A stretch of DNA of 52,813 bases from positions 1 through 52,813 of the forward strand of contig DATFZA010000814.1 in assembly GCA_035314765.1 (NCBI GenBank). The letters run 5' to 3'. This document shows, in pieces, positions 19,408 to 29,124 of the stretch. The notes below the pieces were generated by a model, which saw only the letters and a list, made by a program, of their open reading frames with translations, did no database searches and had not been told where the DNA came from. Each line of letters opens with the position of its first letter. Positions within the stretch are counted from its first letter, which is position 1. The DNA is from Bryobacteraceae bacterium. GTDB lineage: Bacteria > Acidobacteriota > Terriglobia > Bryobacterales > Bryobacteraceae. A program made the position numbers and the translations under genes.

Positions 19408-20598
19408 ATGATCTGGTCGGGGAAGTCGAAACCAACTGTCGCCGCCCACTTGAAACGCTGTGGAGTTCCCCGGCGCGATTTTCTCCAGTTCTGCACGCAA
19501 CTGATGGTTGCCGCCCCTTGGGGTCTCGCGATTACCGAGAAGGCAACTGCTGCCGAGGTCGCGCGGGAAATCGGCCAGGTGCGGCGGCCATCCGTGATCT
19601 GGCTCCATTTTCAAGACTGCACCGGGTGCTCGGAAACGCTTTTGCGCACGTCCAAACCGGACTTGGCTGACTTGATTCTGCATGTAATCTCGCTCGATTA
19701 TCACGAGACCCTCATGGCCGCGTGCGGACATCAGGCGGAAGCTGCGCTGAGCCAGGCCGTCAAAAACAACGCAGGCAAGTTCGTGCTGGTGGTGGAAGGC
19801 TCGATCCCCACCCGGGATCAGGGCATCTATATGAAGCTGGCAGGCAAGCCGGCCCTCAACGTCTTGAAAGATGTCGCCGCCCAGGCCGGAGCGATTATCG
19901 CGATCGGGTCGTGCGCGTCGTGGGGCGGAATTCCGTCGGCTGACCCCAATCCGACCGGCGCGGTGGGAGTAGACGAGATCATCAGGAACAAGCCGGTCGT
20001 CAATCTGCCCGGCTGTCCGCCCAATCCCTACACGTTACTCGGGGTTGTCTTTCAGTTTGCCCGCAAGGGAACGCTGCCCGAACTGGACGATCAGCACCGG
20101 CCGAAGTTCGCTTATGACCGTGTGATTCACGATCACTGCCCGCGGCGCGCCCATTTCGATGCTGGGCGATTCGTTCATCAGTACGGCGACGAGGGACATC
20201 GCCATGGCTGGTGCCTTTACAAGCTCGGCTGCAAAGGACCGGACACGCACGCCGGATGTTCGACACGGCATTTCAATGAGATTCCCGACGTGTGGCCAAT
20301 TGGCATCGGCGCGCCGTGTATTGGCTGCACCGAGAAGCATCTGGCTTTCCGGGTGCCGCTCTTCGAAGAGGTTCCCATCCACGCGGCCACACCGCCCGAC
20401 ACCTACCCTCCGGTCCACACCACGACCGCCTCGATTTCCGCGCCAGGCGTGGCGGTCGTGAGCATGATTGGCGGGGCCCTCGGCGGGGCTGCGTGGGTTG
20501 CGGCGAGACGGTTCCGAAGCGAAGAAGAGACAGCCGCGATCATCAAAGCCAGCCTCCCAAGCTCGCAAAAAGACAACCCGAATGCGGAGGGCCGGTAA
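19408..20598 (+). CDS. hybO: [NiFe]-hydrogenase small subunit, Tat-exported, C-terminal membrane anchor
   Basis: Start trimmed to ATG 19408. Twin-arginine motif PRRDFLQF, proximal cluster motif FQDCTGCSES, and a C-terminal hydrophobic tail. Confidence 0.92.
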   Translation: MIWSGKSKPTVAAHLKRCGVPRRDFLQFCTQLMVAAPWGLAITEKATAAEVAREIGQVRRPSVIWLHFQDCTGCSETLLRTSKPDLADLILHVISLDYHETLMAACGHQAEAALSQAVKNNAGKFVLVVEGSIPTRDQGIYMKLAGKPALNVLKDVAAQAGAIIAIGSCASWGGIPSADPNPTGAVGVDEIIRNKPVVNLPGCPPNPYTLLGVVFQFARKGTLPELDDQHRPKFAYDRVIHDHCPRRAHFDAGRFVHQYGDEGHRHGWCLYKLGCKGPDTHAGCSTRHFNEIPDVWPIGIGAPCIGCTEKHLAFRVPLFEEVPIHAATPPDTYPPVHTTTASISAPGVAVVSMIGGALGGAAWVAARRFRSEEETAAIIKASLPSSQKDNPNAEGR

Positions 20599-21522
20599 AT
20601 GGAACTGACCCGCCGGGAAGCACTGCTAGGCGTCGTTTCGCGATGCGTTCCGGTCGCGGCAGCGTTGGCCCTTCCCGCGGCGCAGGCTGCCGAGGAGTCG
20701 CCTTCTCAGCCGAAGGCGCCGGTAGGGATGCTCTACGATGCGACCTTGTGCATCGGCTGTAAGGCGTGTGTGGTCGCGTGCGCGGAGGCAAACGACCTTC
20801 CGAGGGACGTCTCGCTCGATGGTCTGCATCAGGCGCCCGAAGATCTGAATGCGTTCACCAAGAACATCATCAAGCTCTACAAACCCACTGACAACAGCCC
20901 GGACTCGTTCGTGAAACAGCAGTGCATGCACTGCCTGGATCCGGCTTGCGTCGCTGCTTGCCCCTTCAAAGCGCTCTGGAAGAACGACGGCAACGGCCTG
21001 GTTGCCTGGGAGCCTTCGCGCTGCATCGGATGCCGTTATTGCGAGATCGCCTGTCCGTACCATGTGCCGAAGTTCGAGTGGGACAGGATCAACCCGAAAA
21101 TCGTGAAATGCGAGCTCTGCCGGCCGCGGCTTGCCAAAGGGTACGAACCGGCTTGCACGTCGGTATGTCCGACGCATGCGGTGATCTTCGGCCCGAGGGA
21201 AGGTCTGCTGACCGAGGCCAAGGACCGGATTGCACAGTCGCCCGACAAGTACTTTGAGAACCGAGTATATGGCCAACACGAGGCGGGCGGGACACAGGTG
21301 CTGTATCTCTCGCATGTGCCGTTCGAGGACCTGGGTCTGCCCAACCTGGGGACTGAGCCGATTCCCGCCAGGTTGAAATGGCAGAAGCGCGTCTACAAGT
21401 TCCTTGCCGTGCCGCTACTGCTCTACGCTGGGTTGGCCAGCTTGATGAAGAAGAACTGGATCGATCACCGCAAAGAGATGGTGGAAGAAGAAAGGCGAAC
21501 GGGATTGAGGCCGCAACTGTGA
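20599..21522 (+). CDS. hybA: hydrogenase 4Fe-4S ferredoxin-type subunit (HybA-like)
   Basis: Tat-like TRREALLG, several CxxCxxCxxxCP motifs, and a C-terminal TM helix. Confidence 0.88.
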   Translation: MELTRREALLGVVSRCVPVAAALALPAAQAAEESPSQPKAPVGMLYDATLCIGCKACVVACAEANDLPRDVSLDGLHQAPEDLNAFTKNIIKLYKPTDNSPDSFVKQQCMHCLDPACVAACPFKALWKNDGNGLVAWEPSRCIGCRYCEIACPYHVPKFEWDRINPKIVKCELCRPRLAKGYEPACTSVCPTHAVIFGPREGLLTEAKDRIAQSPDKYFENRVYGQHEAGGTQVLYLSHVPFEDLGLPNLGTEPIPARLKWQKRVYKFLAVPLLLYAGLASLMKKNWIDHRKEMVEEERRTGLRPQL

Positions 21523-22811
21523 AGAACCACATTATTGTTCGCTGGCAGCGGGGCGTGCCCGTCTACGCCATAGCCAAGATCACGCCGTTTTTCATATTCC
21601 TTTGTGCGATGGGTGGGTTGGCGATCGTGCTGAGCATCTATCGCGAGCTGACCGGTTTGGGCCGTGTCAGCGGCCTGAACGATATCTACGCATGGGGAAT
21701 TTGGAAAACCTTCAACACCATGGTCCTGACTGGTCTGGGATCCGGCGGATTCTCGATCGGCATCGCGGCGTGGATCTTCTTTCGCAGGAAGCTGCACTCG
21801 GTAATGCGGACGGCGGTCCTCACCAGCTTCGTGGCTTACTTTAGCGGCCTGATCGCGCTCGGCGTTGACGTCGGACGGCCGTGGAACTTCTACCAGGTGC
21901 TGATGCCATGGAGATGGAACGGCCATTCGCCATTGTTGGAAGTGTGCTTCTGCATGCCGCTTTATGCATGTTTCCCGCTATTCCTGGAGAACACCCCGCC
22001 CCTTTTCGAGCGCTGGTTCTACACGTGGCCAAAGTTTCGGCCGATCCTGATGAAGTACGTGGTGCCCGTGACTCGCGTGACTTACCCTTATGTAATTGCC
22101 CTGGCTTACGCGCTACCGATGATGCACCAATCGTCGCTCGGCGCTCTGATGTTGCTTGCAGGACCGCGCGTTCATGTCCTCTGGCAGACGCCGTTCTTGC
22201 CGCTTCTGTACGTCTGGGCCGCGGCATTTCTCGGCTACTCCTGCGTGCTCGGGGTGCTGATGGTGTCTTGCCTTTCCTGGAAGCGCCCCTTGGACACGTC
22301 GATTCTCGGGGAACTGGCGCGCATCATGTGCTGGCTGGTTCTGAGTTGGAACATTTTCCGTTTTCTGGACATACTCGCGCGCGGCCAGATCGGCGCAGCG
22401 TTCGCATTCGACCGTTTCAGCCTGTTGTTTTGGCTGGAAACTCTGCTACTGGTTGTTCCCTCCGTCTATCTACTTGCGGGTAGCCATTGGCGGGTTCCGA
22501 GCCGCTTATTCCTGGCCGACGTGCTGATTGCCGTGGGTGGAATGCTTTACCGGTTCGATCCAACCAGCTTTGCCTTTGCTGCCCGGCCGGGAGCGATGTA
22601 TTTCCCGTCCGCAATCGAAGCCCTCATCGGCGCCGGCGCCGTCTGCTTCGCGCTTGCGACTTTTATCGTCGCGGTAAAGTACTTGCCGATTTTGCCGGCA
22701 CCGGTTACGGCTTGGCATGACCTGCAGGAATATGCAGGAGCGGTCCACCAGAATTGGAGCCTCAAGACTCATGACTTCTCGCATAAAAATCGATCCAATC
22801 TCGCGGATTGA
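21519..22811 (+). CDS. hybB: hydrogenase integral membrane subunit (HybB / NrfD family)
   Basis: GTG 21519 overlaps the hybA stop (GTGA). About 430 aa and polytopic throughout. Confidence 0.85.
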   Translation: MKNHIIVRWQRGVPVYAIAKITPFFIFLCAMGGLAIVLSIYRELTGLGRVSGLNDIYAWGIWKTFNTMVLTGLGSGGFSIGIAAWIFFRRKLHSVMRTAVLTSFVAYFSGLIALGVDVGRPWNFYQVLMPWRWNGHSPLLEVCFCMPLYACFPLFLENTPPLFERWFYTWPKFRPILMKYVVPVTRVTYPYVIALAYALPMMHQSSLGALMLLAGPRVHVLWQTPFLPLLYVWAAAFLGYSCVLGVLMVSCLSWKRPLDTSILGELARIMCWLVLSWNIFRFLDILARGQIGAAFAFDRFSLLFWLETLLLVVPSVYLLAGSHWRVPSRLFLADVLIAVGGMLYRFDPTSFAFAARPGAMYFPSAIEALIGAGAVCFALATFIVAVKYLPILPAPVTAWHDLQEYAGAVHQNWSLKTHDFSHKNRSNLAD

Positions 22812-24459
22812 AGGCCATCTACGCATAGACGCCGAGGTAGACGGCGGCCTTGTCTCCAAGGCGTGGGCATCCTGCACCATGTGGCGCGGCATCGAGAACA
22901 TCCTGATTGGCCGCGACCCGCGCGAGGCATGGCTGTTCGCGCAGCGCTTTTGCGGCGTATGCACCACCGTTCACGCGCTGGCCAGCGTGCGCGCCGTCGA
23001 AGACGCCCTGAAGCTGCCAATACCGCCGAACGCGCAATACATTCGCAATCTCATTCTGATCCTTCACGCGCTCCACGACCACATTGTGCACTTCTACCAT
23101 CTTTCGGCGCTGGATTGGATCGATGTGATGCAGATCCCCAAGGCCGATCCCGTTAAGACCGCCTCCCTGGCGCAGAGCCTGTCCTCGTGGACCCGAAACT
23201 CGCCCCAGGAATTCAAGTCGGCTCAGGACAAAGTAAAAGCTCTCGCCGCCAGCGGGCAGCTTGGAATCTTCGCCAACGGCTATTGGGGCCATCCGGCCAT
23301 GCACCTGCCGCCGGAGGTTAACCTGCTCGGCTTCACTCATTATCTGCAGGCGCTGGAATTTCAGCGCAAGTCGAACCAGGTGGTCGCAATCCTCGGCGGG
23401 AAGACGCCGCATATCCAGAACCTGACAGTGGGCGGCGTCGCCAATGCCATCGATCTGGACAGCCTGGGCACGCTCACGATGGACCGGCTCACCATGATCC
23501 GCTCCCTCATCGACGAGGTCATTCCGTTCGTTCATGAGGTCTACTTCCCGGACGTGTGCGCGATTGCCGGAATGTACCCGGAGTGGTTCGATGTCGGCGG
23601 CGGTGCGAGAAATTACCTTGCGGTCCCGGACCTTCCGAACGGATCCGGCTTCGATCTCCCCGGAGGTGTTATTCTCTCCGGAGATTTGAATGCCGCGAAG
23701 AAGTTTGAGACTGCGGCCGATCCGGACTTCCGTCGGGCTGTAACGGAAGACGCGACGCGCGCCTGGTACAAGGGCGGCGCCCTCCATCCGTGGAAGGGCA
23801 AGACGCAACCGGATTACACCGATTTCCAGGACAACGGCAAGTACACCTGGGTGAAGGCGCCGCGCTACGACGGGCGCCCGATGGAGGTGGGGCCGCTCGC
23901 CAACGTTTTGGTGGGATACGCTCAGGGGCATCCGCTCACGCGGAAGTGGACGGATGAGGCGATCGCCCGCGTCTCCGCGGTGGCCAAGCGTAAGGTCACG
24001 GTCGACAAACTGGAATCCACGATGGGCCGCTATGCGGCACGCGCTATCCGCTCGGCTATGCTGGCCGACCTCGCGGTGAAGCATTGCGAGTTGCTGACCA
24101 ATAACATACTGAATGGCGATGTGGCCACGCACAACCCGCCGCAATTCCCCAAGGGCGAGGTCGAGGGGGTCGGAACGCACGAAGCGCCGCGCGGCACGCT
24201 TTCGCACTGGGTCGTGGTCAGGGACGGGAAGCTCGCCAACTACCAGGCGGTGGTCCCCACCACGTGGAACGCGAGCCCGCGCGACGCGCAGGGCAACGTC
24301 GGGCCTTATGAGGCGTCGCTCATGCGCAACCCGGTAGCTGATCCGGAGCGGCCGCTCGAACTGCTGCGCACCGTGCATTCATTTGACCCCTGTATGGCGT
24401 GCGCGTGTCACACCTTCGATCCGGATGGCCGGGAAATTGCGACGGTGAAGATCCTATGA
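22771..24459 (+). CDS. hybC: [NiFe]-hydrogenase large subunit
   Basis: Start trimmed to ATG 22771 (MTSRIKIDPISRIEGH). N-terminal Ni-ligand motif RFCGVCTTVH and C-terminal DPCMACACH, followed by a 15-aa extension that is the protease substrate. Confidence 0.93.
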   Translation: MTSRIKIDPISRIEGHLRIDAEVDGGLVSKAWASCTMWRGIENILIGRDPREAWLFAQRFCGVCTTVHALASVRAVEDALKLPIPPNAQYIRNLILILHALHDHIVHFYHLSALDWIDVMQIPKADPVKTASLAQSLSSWTRNSPQEFKSAQDKVKALAASGQLGIFANGYWGHPAMHLPPEVNLLGFTHYLQALEFQRKSNQVVAILGGKTPHIQNLTVGGVANAIDLDSLGTLTMDRLTMIRSLIDEVIPFVHEVYFPDVCAIAGMYPEWFDVGGGARNYLAVPDLPNGSGFDLPGGVILSGDLNAAKKFETAADPDFRRAVTEDATRAWYKGGALHPWKGKTQPDYTDFQDNGKYTWVKAPRYDGRPMEVGPLANVLVGYAQGHPLTRKWTDEAIARVSAVAKRKVTVDKLESTMGRYAARAIRSAMLADLAVKHCELLTNNILNGDVATHNPPQFPKGEVEGVGTHEAPRGTLSHWVVVRDGKLANYQAVVPTTWNASPRDAQGNVGPYEASLMRNPVADPERPLELLRTVHSFDPCMACACHTFDPDGREIATVKIL

Positions 24460-24989
24460 GAAAGCTGCTGATCGCTGGAATCGGGAATGTGCTGCTCGGA
24501 GATGATGGAGTCGGACCATTTGTCATCAAACTGCTCGAGGCCCGATATGAGTTTGGCGAAGGTGTGGAACTCGCGGATCTCGGAACACCCGCGCTGGACT
24601 TGCCCATGCACCTTGATGGCTTGGATGCGGTGATTCTCATCGATTCTGCAAATTTCGGTGGGGTGCCGGGAGATATCCGCCTGTTCCGTAAAAAGGAAAT
24701 CCTGAGGATTCCGCCGCGGGCCCGCATCGATCCTCATTCCCCCGCGCTGAGGGAATCGCTCTCTCAGTTGGAGTTGATGGGAAAGATGCCGGATGATCTG
24801 GTACTGATTGGCATTCAGGGCAGCCGGTTCGTCGCTGGATCGGCCCTTTCGCCGCCCGTCCGGCAGTGCGTTCCTCACGTCATTGATTCCGTGCTGAGGG
24901 AAGTTCACAGGCTTAAACTCTGGGGCGCGCAGAGGGTGAATGCCAGGCGGCCAGGCATTTGGTGGGATCAGGCCGAAACTGCGGTATGA
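24456..24989 (+). CDS. hybD: hydrogenase maturation endopeptidase
   Basis: ATG 24456 overlaps the hybC stop (ATGA). GIGNVLLGDDGVGPFV motif. Confidence 0.88.
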   Translation: MRKLLIAGIGNVLLGDDGVGPFVIKLLEARYEFGEGVELADLGTPALDLPMHLDGLDAVILIDSANFGGVPGDIRLFRKKEILRIPPRARIDPHSPALRESLSQLELMGKMPDDLVLIGIQGSRFVAGSALSPPVRQCVPHVIDSVLREVHRLKLWGAQRVNARRPGIWWDQAETAV

Positions 24990-24990
24990 G
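24858..24990 (+). repeat. direct repeat copy 1 (3' end of hybD)
   Basis: 133 bp, 130/133 identical to 26551-26683 by manual alignment. Confidence 0.9.
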
Positions 24991-25071
24991 ATTCGTCACC
25001 GTCAGACAAAACCGCCTCCGCTGCAGGAGGGAGGACCGGTCCGATTATTTTCATGAACCGGAGGGCACGCG

Positions 25072-26415
25072 ATGATCGAAGGAGAGCAGTCCTTGGCGAG
25101 CGGGGCCGCTAACGCATCCGCCGCGTATCTATACCCTGAGGACCTGGCCCGATTTGTTCGAGCAAGATGGACGGACGTATCGGTAGGACCTGTCGCACTC
25201 GACCTCTTGCCTGAAGCAGCATCCCTGGAAGAGTTTTTCTCAGTGTGCTATCACGCAAGCATGCTGCGCGAGGAAAAGGCCCCGGTGACGTTCCGCGCCA
25301 TCCTTGCAGCACCTTCGATGTTCCCCGTGGACGGGCGGCCTCCAGACGGAGTCGAGCGTCTTGATTTTACGAGCTCGCTTCCCTTCGACCCGGACGGACT
25401 CAGACGGCTTTCAGTGGCGGCGGATCCGACACGCACGCTAATCGGCGTGCGGGCCGAAGCCCTGGGTCCGCGGATATGGGGTCTAATCAATTCGGGCACG
25501 CGCTGGCTGCGCAATATTCAGGGTGGCAGGCGGGCTGGGGGTTCACTGCCTCCCGTGCCGGTCGTCCACGTCGACGCGCCTGCGGCGATATACGCGTACA
25601 AAGGGAACGAGTTCCTCGGAAAGCTGCGTGGTGGGAAGATCTCAGGGGCGCGGGTAGACCTCTTCGAATCGAAATGGCTGCCGAGCGAGTTCGCCGGATT
25701 CAGGGCGGAACTGATGCAGCGGCACGCCGCCGCTCGGGGCCGCGCGACTGAGTTCGGCGGCGAACGGTGGGCAACACTCGACGCGACGCTCCCGCGCCGG
25801 ATTGCCGAGCGTATGACGAAGCGCGTGATCTCCGTTCTCCGCGACTCGCGCCACGGAGGAACGATTGTGTTTCTCCCACCCGAGTATGTCGGCAGAACCT
25901 CCGACGATGATGCCTACATCGATCTCAAATATCCGTTCGCGGAGGGCGCGTCCCGGCGCTCGTTCTCGGATCTGATAGTCGATATTCTCAACCGCCTTGC
26001 CCAGCTCTACGGCGCGGCCGGCGACGCGGGGCCAATTGGCTGGCGAGAGTTCGAGAAGACGACGGACGACAAGATTGCAACGCTCGATGAAGGCCTATTC
26101 GATTTTGCCTGCATGATTGCTGGGCAGGCCGCGACGGATGGCGCCGTGGTCATGAGCACACACCACGAATACCTGGGCTTCGGCGGGATGATTTCCGGGA
26201 GGCTCCCCGCCATCAGGAGCGTCGCCCGGGCACTGGACCTTGAAGCCGAGCAGGTATGTGAAGAAAACACCGGGAACGTCGGGGCGCGGCACCGCTCGGC
26301 ATATCGGCTGGCGGGCGCGGTGCCTGGCTCGGTTGTGATCGTCATCTCGCAAGATGGCGGCGTGCGCTTCGTATGTCAAAAAGGCCACGCTGTTACCTAC
26401 TGGGAACAGGAGTAA
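25072..26415 (+). CDS. soluble protein with C-terminal DisA_N/DAC (diadenylate cyclase)-fold domain and unknown N-terminal (sensor?) domain
   Basis: 447-aa ORF with a GGAGGG SD. Ordered DAC-like motifs: RHGGTIVFLPP, TDGAVVM (26137-), NVGARHRSAYRLA (26281-), VVIVISQDGGVRFV. No TM segment. Confidence 0.6.
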   Translation: MIEGEQSLASGAANASAAYLYPEDLARFVRARWTDVSVGPVALDLLPEAASLEEFFSVCYHASMLREEKAPVTFRAILAAPSMFPVDGRPPDGVERLDFTSSLPFDPDGLRRLSVAADPTRTLIGVRAEALGPRIWGLINSGTRWLRNIQGGRRAGGSLPPVPVVHVDAPAAIYAYKGNEFLGKLRGGKISGARVDLFESKWLPSEFAGFRAELMQRHAAARGRATEFGGERWATLDATLPRRIAERMTKRVISVLRDSRHGGTIVFLPPEYVGRTSDDDAYIDLKYPFAEGASRRSFSDLIVDILNRLAQLYGAAGDAGPIGWREFEKTTDDKIATLDEGLFDFACMIAGQAATDGAVVMSTHHEYLGFGGMISGRLPAIRSVARALDLEAEQVCEENTGNVGARHRSAYRLAGAVPGSVVIVISQDGGVRFVCQKGHAVTYWEQE

Positions 26416-26550
26416 CCTTAGGGTGGAACTTCCATCCTCGGAGTTCAATTCTTCGCGCGATTGCGGCAGCAAGCGGGCTCCTGCTCGGGGGCCGGGTCAC
26501 GTGGGCTACCCTGGCCTGCCAGCATGCTGGCAGCTGGCACACCCCAGCTC

Positions 26551-26683
26551 GTCCGGCAGTGCGTTCCTCACGTCATTGATGCCGTGCTGAGGGAAGTTCA
26601 CAGGCTTAAAGTCTGGGGCGCGCCGAGGGTGAATGCCAGGCGGCCAGGCATTTGGTGGGATCAGGCCGAAACTGCGGTATGAG
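26551..26683 (+). repeat. direct repeat copy 2 (orphan hybD 3' fragment)
   Basis: Encodes VRQCVPHVIDAVLREVHRLKVWGAPRVNARRPGIWWDQAETAV*, which duplicates the HybD C-terminus. It has no protease N-terminal domain. Confidence 0.9.
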
Positions 26684-26693
26684 GTGAACGAAC

Positions 26694-26963
26694 ATGTGTC
26701 TCGCGATTCCCGGCAAAATCGTCGCTCTTGAGGAGCGGTCCTGCATGCGCATGGGCCGCATCGACTACGGCGGAATCACCCGCGAAGCTTGCCTCGAGTA
26801 CATTCCCGACCCACAGATTGGCGATTACGTCATGGTGCACGTCGGATTTGCCATCAGCAAGGTCGATGCGGAGGAAGCTGCGCGAACGTACCAATATCTG
26901 GCCGAGATGGATCAATTGGACGAGATCGCCGGGCCGGAGCAGCCGCGGGACAAAACGACATGA
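26694..26963 (+). CDS. hypC: hydrogenase assembly chaperone HypC
   Basis: [11 protein letters not shown]-terminus; 89 aa. Confidence 0.92.
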   Translation: MCLAIPGKIVALEERSCMRMGRIDYGGITREACLEYIPDPQIGDYVMVHVGFAISKVDAEEAARTYQYLAEMDQLDEIAGPEQPRDKTT

Positions 26964-28078
26964 AGTATGTGGACGAGTACCGCGATCAGAAGATGGCCGA
27001 AAAACTCGCCGCAGAAATCCGGCGCGCGGTCACGAGGCCGTGGGCCATTATGGAGGTCTGCGGCGGGCAGACGCACTCCATTGTCAAGTACGGAATCGAC
27101 TACTTGCTGCCAAAAGAGGTGGAACTGGTTCACGGACCCGGCTGCCCGGTTTGCGTTACGCCGCTCGAAATGATCGACCGCGCTCACGCCATCGCACGGC
27201 GGCCGGAGGTCATCTTCTGTTCTTTCGGTGACATGCTGCGTGTCCCCGGGTCGACCGGCGACCTCTTTCAGGTGAAGGCCGGCGGGGCCGATGTTCGGAT
27301 CGTCTATTCGCCGCTGGACTGCCTCAAAATCGCCAGCTCCAACCCTGCCAGGAAGGTCGTCTTTTTTGCAATCGGTTTTGAGACTACGGCGCCGGCGAAT
27401 GCCATGGCGGTGTGGCAAGCCAGACAGCAAGGGATCCGGAACTTTTCGGTACTCGTGTCTCACGTCCTCGTCCCTCCGGCGATGACCGGCATTCTGGAAT
27501 CGCCCGACAACCGAGTGCAGGCATTCCTGGGGCCGGGACATGTGTGCGCGGTCATGGGCTATCGGGAATACGAACCCATTCCGCCGCGCTACGGGACGCC
27601 GATCGTCATCACGGGCTTTGAGCCGATCGACCTGCTCGAAGGAACGCTTATGGCGGTGCGCCAGCTCGAACAAGGCCGCGCGGAAGTTGAAAATCAGTAC
27701 GTGCGCGCCGTGGACGCCGACGGAAATACGGACGCTCAGAAGATGATTGATCGCGTGTTCGAGGTTTGCGACCGCGCCTGGCGTGGAATCGGCATTATCC
27801 CGCGGAGTGGCTATCGCTTGAAGGACGAGTTTCGCGATTACGACGCCGAGCAGATTTTCCAACTGGGACCGATCCACGCGCCGGAGCCGGCGATCTGCAT
27901 CAGCGGGCAGGTGTTGACGGGCCTGAAAAAGCCGCACGATTGCCCTGCGTTCGGCAAGGAATGCACACCGCAGAACCCCCTGGGGGCCACCATGGTATCG
28001 GCCGAAGGAGCTTGCGCCGCTTACTACAACTATGGACGGCATCTGGTGGCGCTGCCGTCCGCGATGGGGAAGGTCTGA
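26960..28078 (+). CDS. hypD: hydrogenase Fe(CN)2CO assembly protein HypD
   Basis: ATG 26960 overlaps the hypC stop (MKYVDEYRD). GPGCPVCV motif. Confidence 0.92.
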   Translation: MKYVDEYRDQKMAEKLAAEIRRAVTRPWAIMEVCGGQTHSIVKYGIDYLLPKEVELVHGPGCPVCVTPLEMIDRAHAIARRPEVIFCSFGDMLRVPGSTGDLFQVKAGGADVRIVYSPLDCLKIASSNPARKVVFFAIGFETTAPANAMAVWQARQQGIRNFSVLVSHVLVPPAMTGILESPDNRVQAFLGPGHVCAVMGYREYEPIPPRYGTPIVITGFEPIDLLEGTLMAVRQLEQGRAEVENQYVRAVDADGNTDAQKMIDRVFEVCDRAWRGIGIIPRSGYRLKDEFRDYDAEQIFQLGPIHAPEPAICISGQVLTGLKKPHDCPAFGKECTPQNPLGATMVSAEGACAAYYNYGRHLVALPSAMGKV

Positions 28079-29124
28079 TGTCACTTTCATTCACGCTCAC
28101 GTGTCCCGTACCCGTTACTCAGCACAAGGCAATCGTGCTCGGCCACGGAAGCGGTGGCCGGCTCACGGCGCAACTGGTGCGCGAGCTCTTCCTGCCGGCG
28201 TTCGACAACCCGGCGCTGCGCAAGCTGGACGACCAGGCGGTGTTAGAGGTCGCGCCCGGGCGGATCGCCATGACCACGGATGCCTACGTGGTGACACCTC
28301 TCTTCTTTCCGGGCGGCGACATCGGACGTCTGGCGGTCAACGGAACCGTTAACGACCTGGCCATGAGCGGCGCCCGCCCCCTGTATCTGACAGCCGCCTT
28401 CATTATTGAGGAGGGGCTTCCCCTAGAGGACCTGGAGCGGGTGGTGCACTCCATGGCGCAGGCCGCCGCAGACGCTGGTGTGGCGATCGTGACCGGCGAC
28501 ACGAAGGTGGTCAATCGCGGTTGCGCCGATAAGCTTTTTATTACAACCGCCGGCGTCGGGTTGGTTCCCGATGGGACTTCGATCTCCGCCTCGAACGCCA
28601 GGCCCGGCGACGTGGTGATCGTCAGCGGCCCCATCGGCGATCATGGCATCACGATCTGGTCCACGCGCGAGGGCATTGACTTCACCGGCAGCCTGCAATC
28701 CGATACCGCTCCGCTGCATGCGCTCGTCGAAGCCATGATCGCGGCGGGCGATGTTCACGTGCTGCGCGATCCGACCCGCGGCGGTCTGGGCACCTCGCTG
28801 TGCGAGATTGCCGCCTCCTCCTCGGTCGGCGTCGAATTGGAAGCAAGCGCCGTGCCTGTACGCGAGGAGGTGAAGGCCGCTTGCGAGATCCTCGGGATGG
28901 ACCCTTTGTTCGTCGCTAACGAAGGACGGCTGGTGGCGATGGTCGCGGAATCGAGCGCCGACGCGGTGCTGCAGGCCATGCGGAGGATTCCTGAAGGCCG
29001 CGACGCTTGCCGCATTGGGCGGATTGTGGCAGAACACGCAGGCATGGTGCTCGTGAAGACCGAGGTCGGCGGCTCGCGCATTCTTGACGTCCCGTTTGCG
29101 GAGCAGTTGCCCCGGATCTGCTGA
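28078..29124 (+). CDS. hypE: hydrogenase maturation protein HypE (carbamoyl dehydratase)
   Basis: ATG 28078 overlaps the hypD stop. AIR-synthase-like fold and a C-terminal PRIC motif. Confidence 0.92.
   Translation: MSLSFTLTCPVPVTQHKAIVLGHGSGGRLTAQLVRELFLPAFDNPALRKLDDQAVLEVAPGRIAMTTDAYVVTPLFFPGGDIGRLAVNGTVNDLAMSGARPLYLTAAFIIEEGLPLEDLERVVHSMAQAAADAGVAIVTGDTKVVNRGCADKLFITTAGVGLVPDGTSISASNARPGDVVIVSGPIGDHGITIWSTREGIDFTGSLQSDTAPLHALVEAMIAAGDVHVLRDPTRGGLGTSLCEIAASSSVGVELEASAVPVREEVKAACEILGMDPLFVANEGRLVAMVAESSADAVLQAMRRIPEGRDACRIGRIVAEHAGMVLVKTEVGGSRILDVPFAEQLPRIC

Noticed and set aside
22819-24378. Long antisense ORFs opposite well-supported genes: 22819-24378 (-), 26912-28090 (-), 28423-29766 (-), 1774-2922 (+), 36108-37373 (+), 39747-40646 (+), 49731-50861 (+).
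   Set aside because: These are shadow ORFs typical of high-GC DNA. Their translations are Arg/Ala/Gly/Pro-rich with no motifs, while the opposite strand carries unambiguous hydrogenase, Hyp, ACAD, primase or recombinase signatures.
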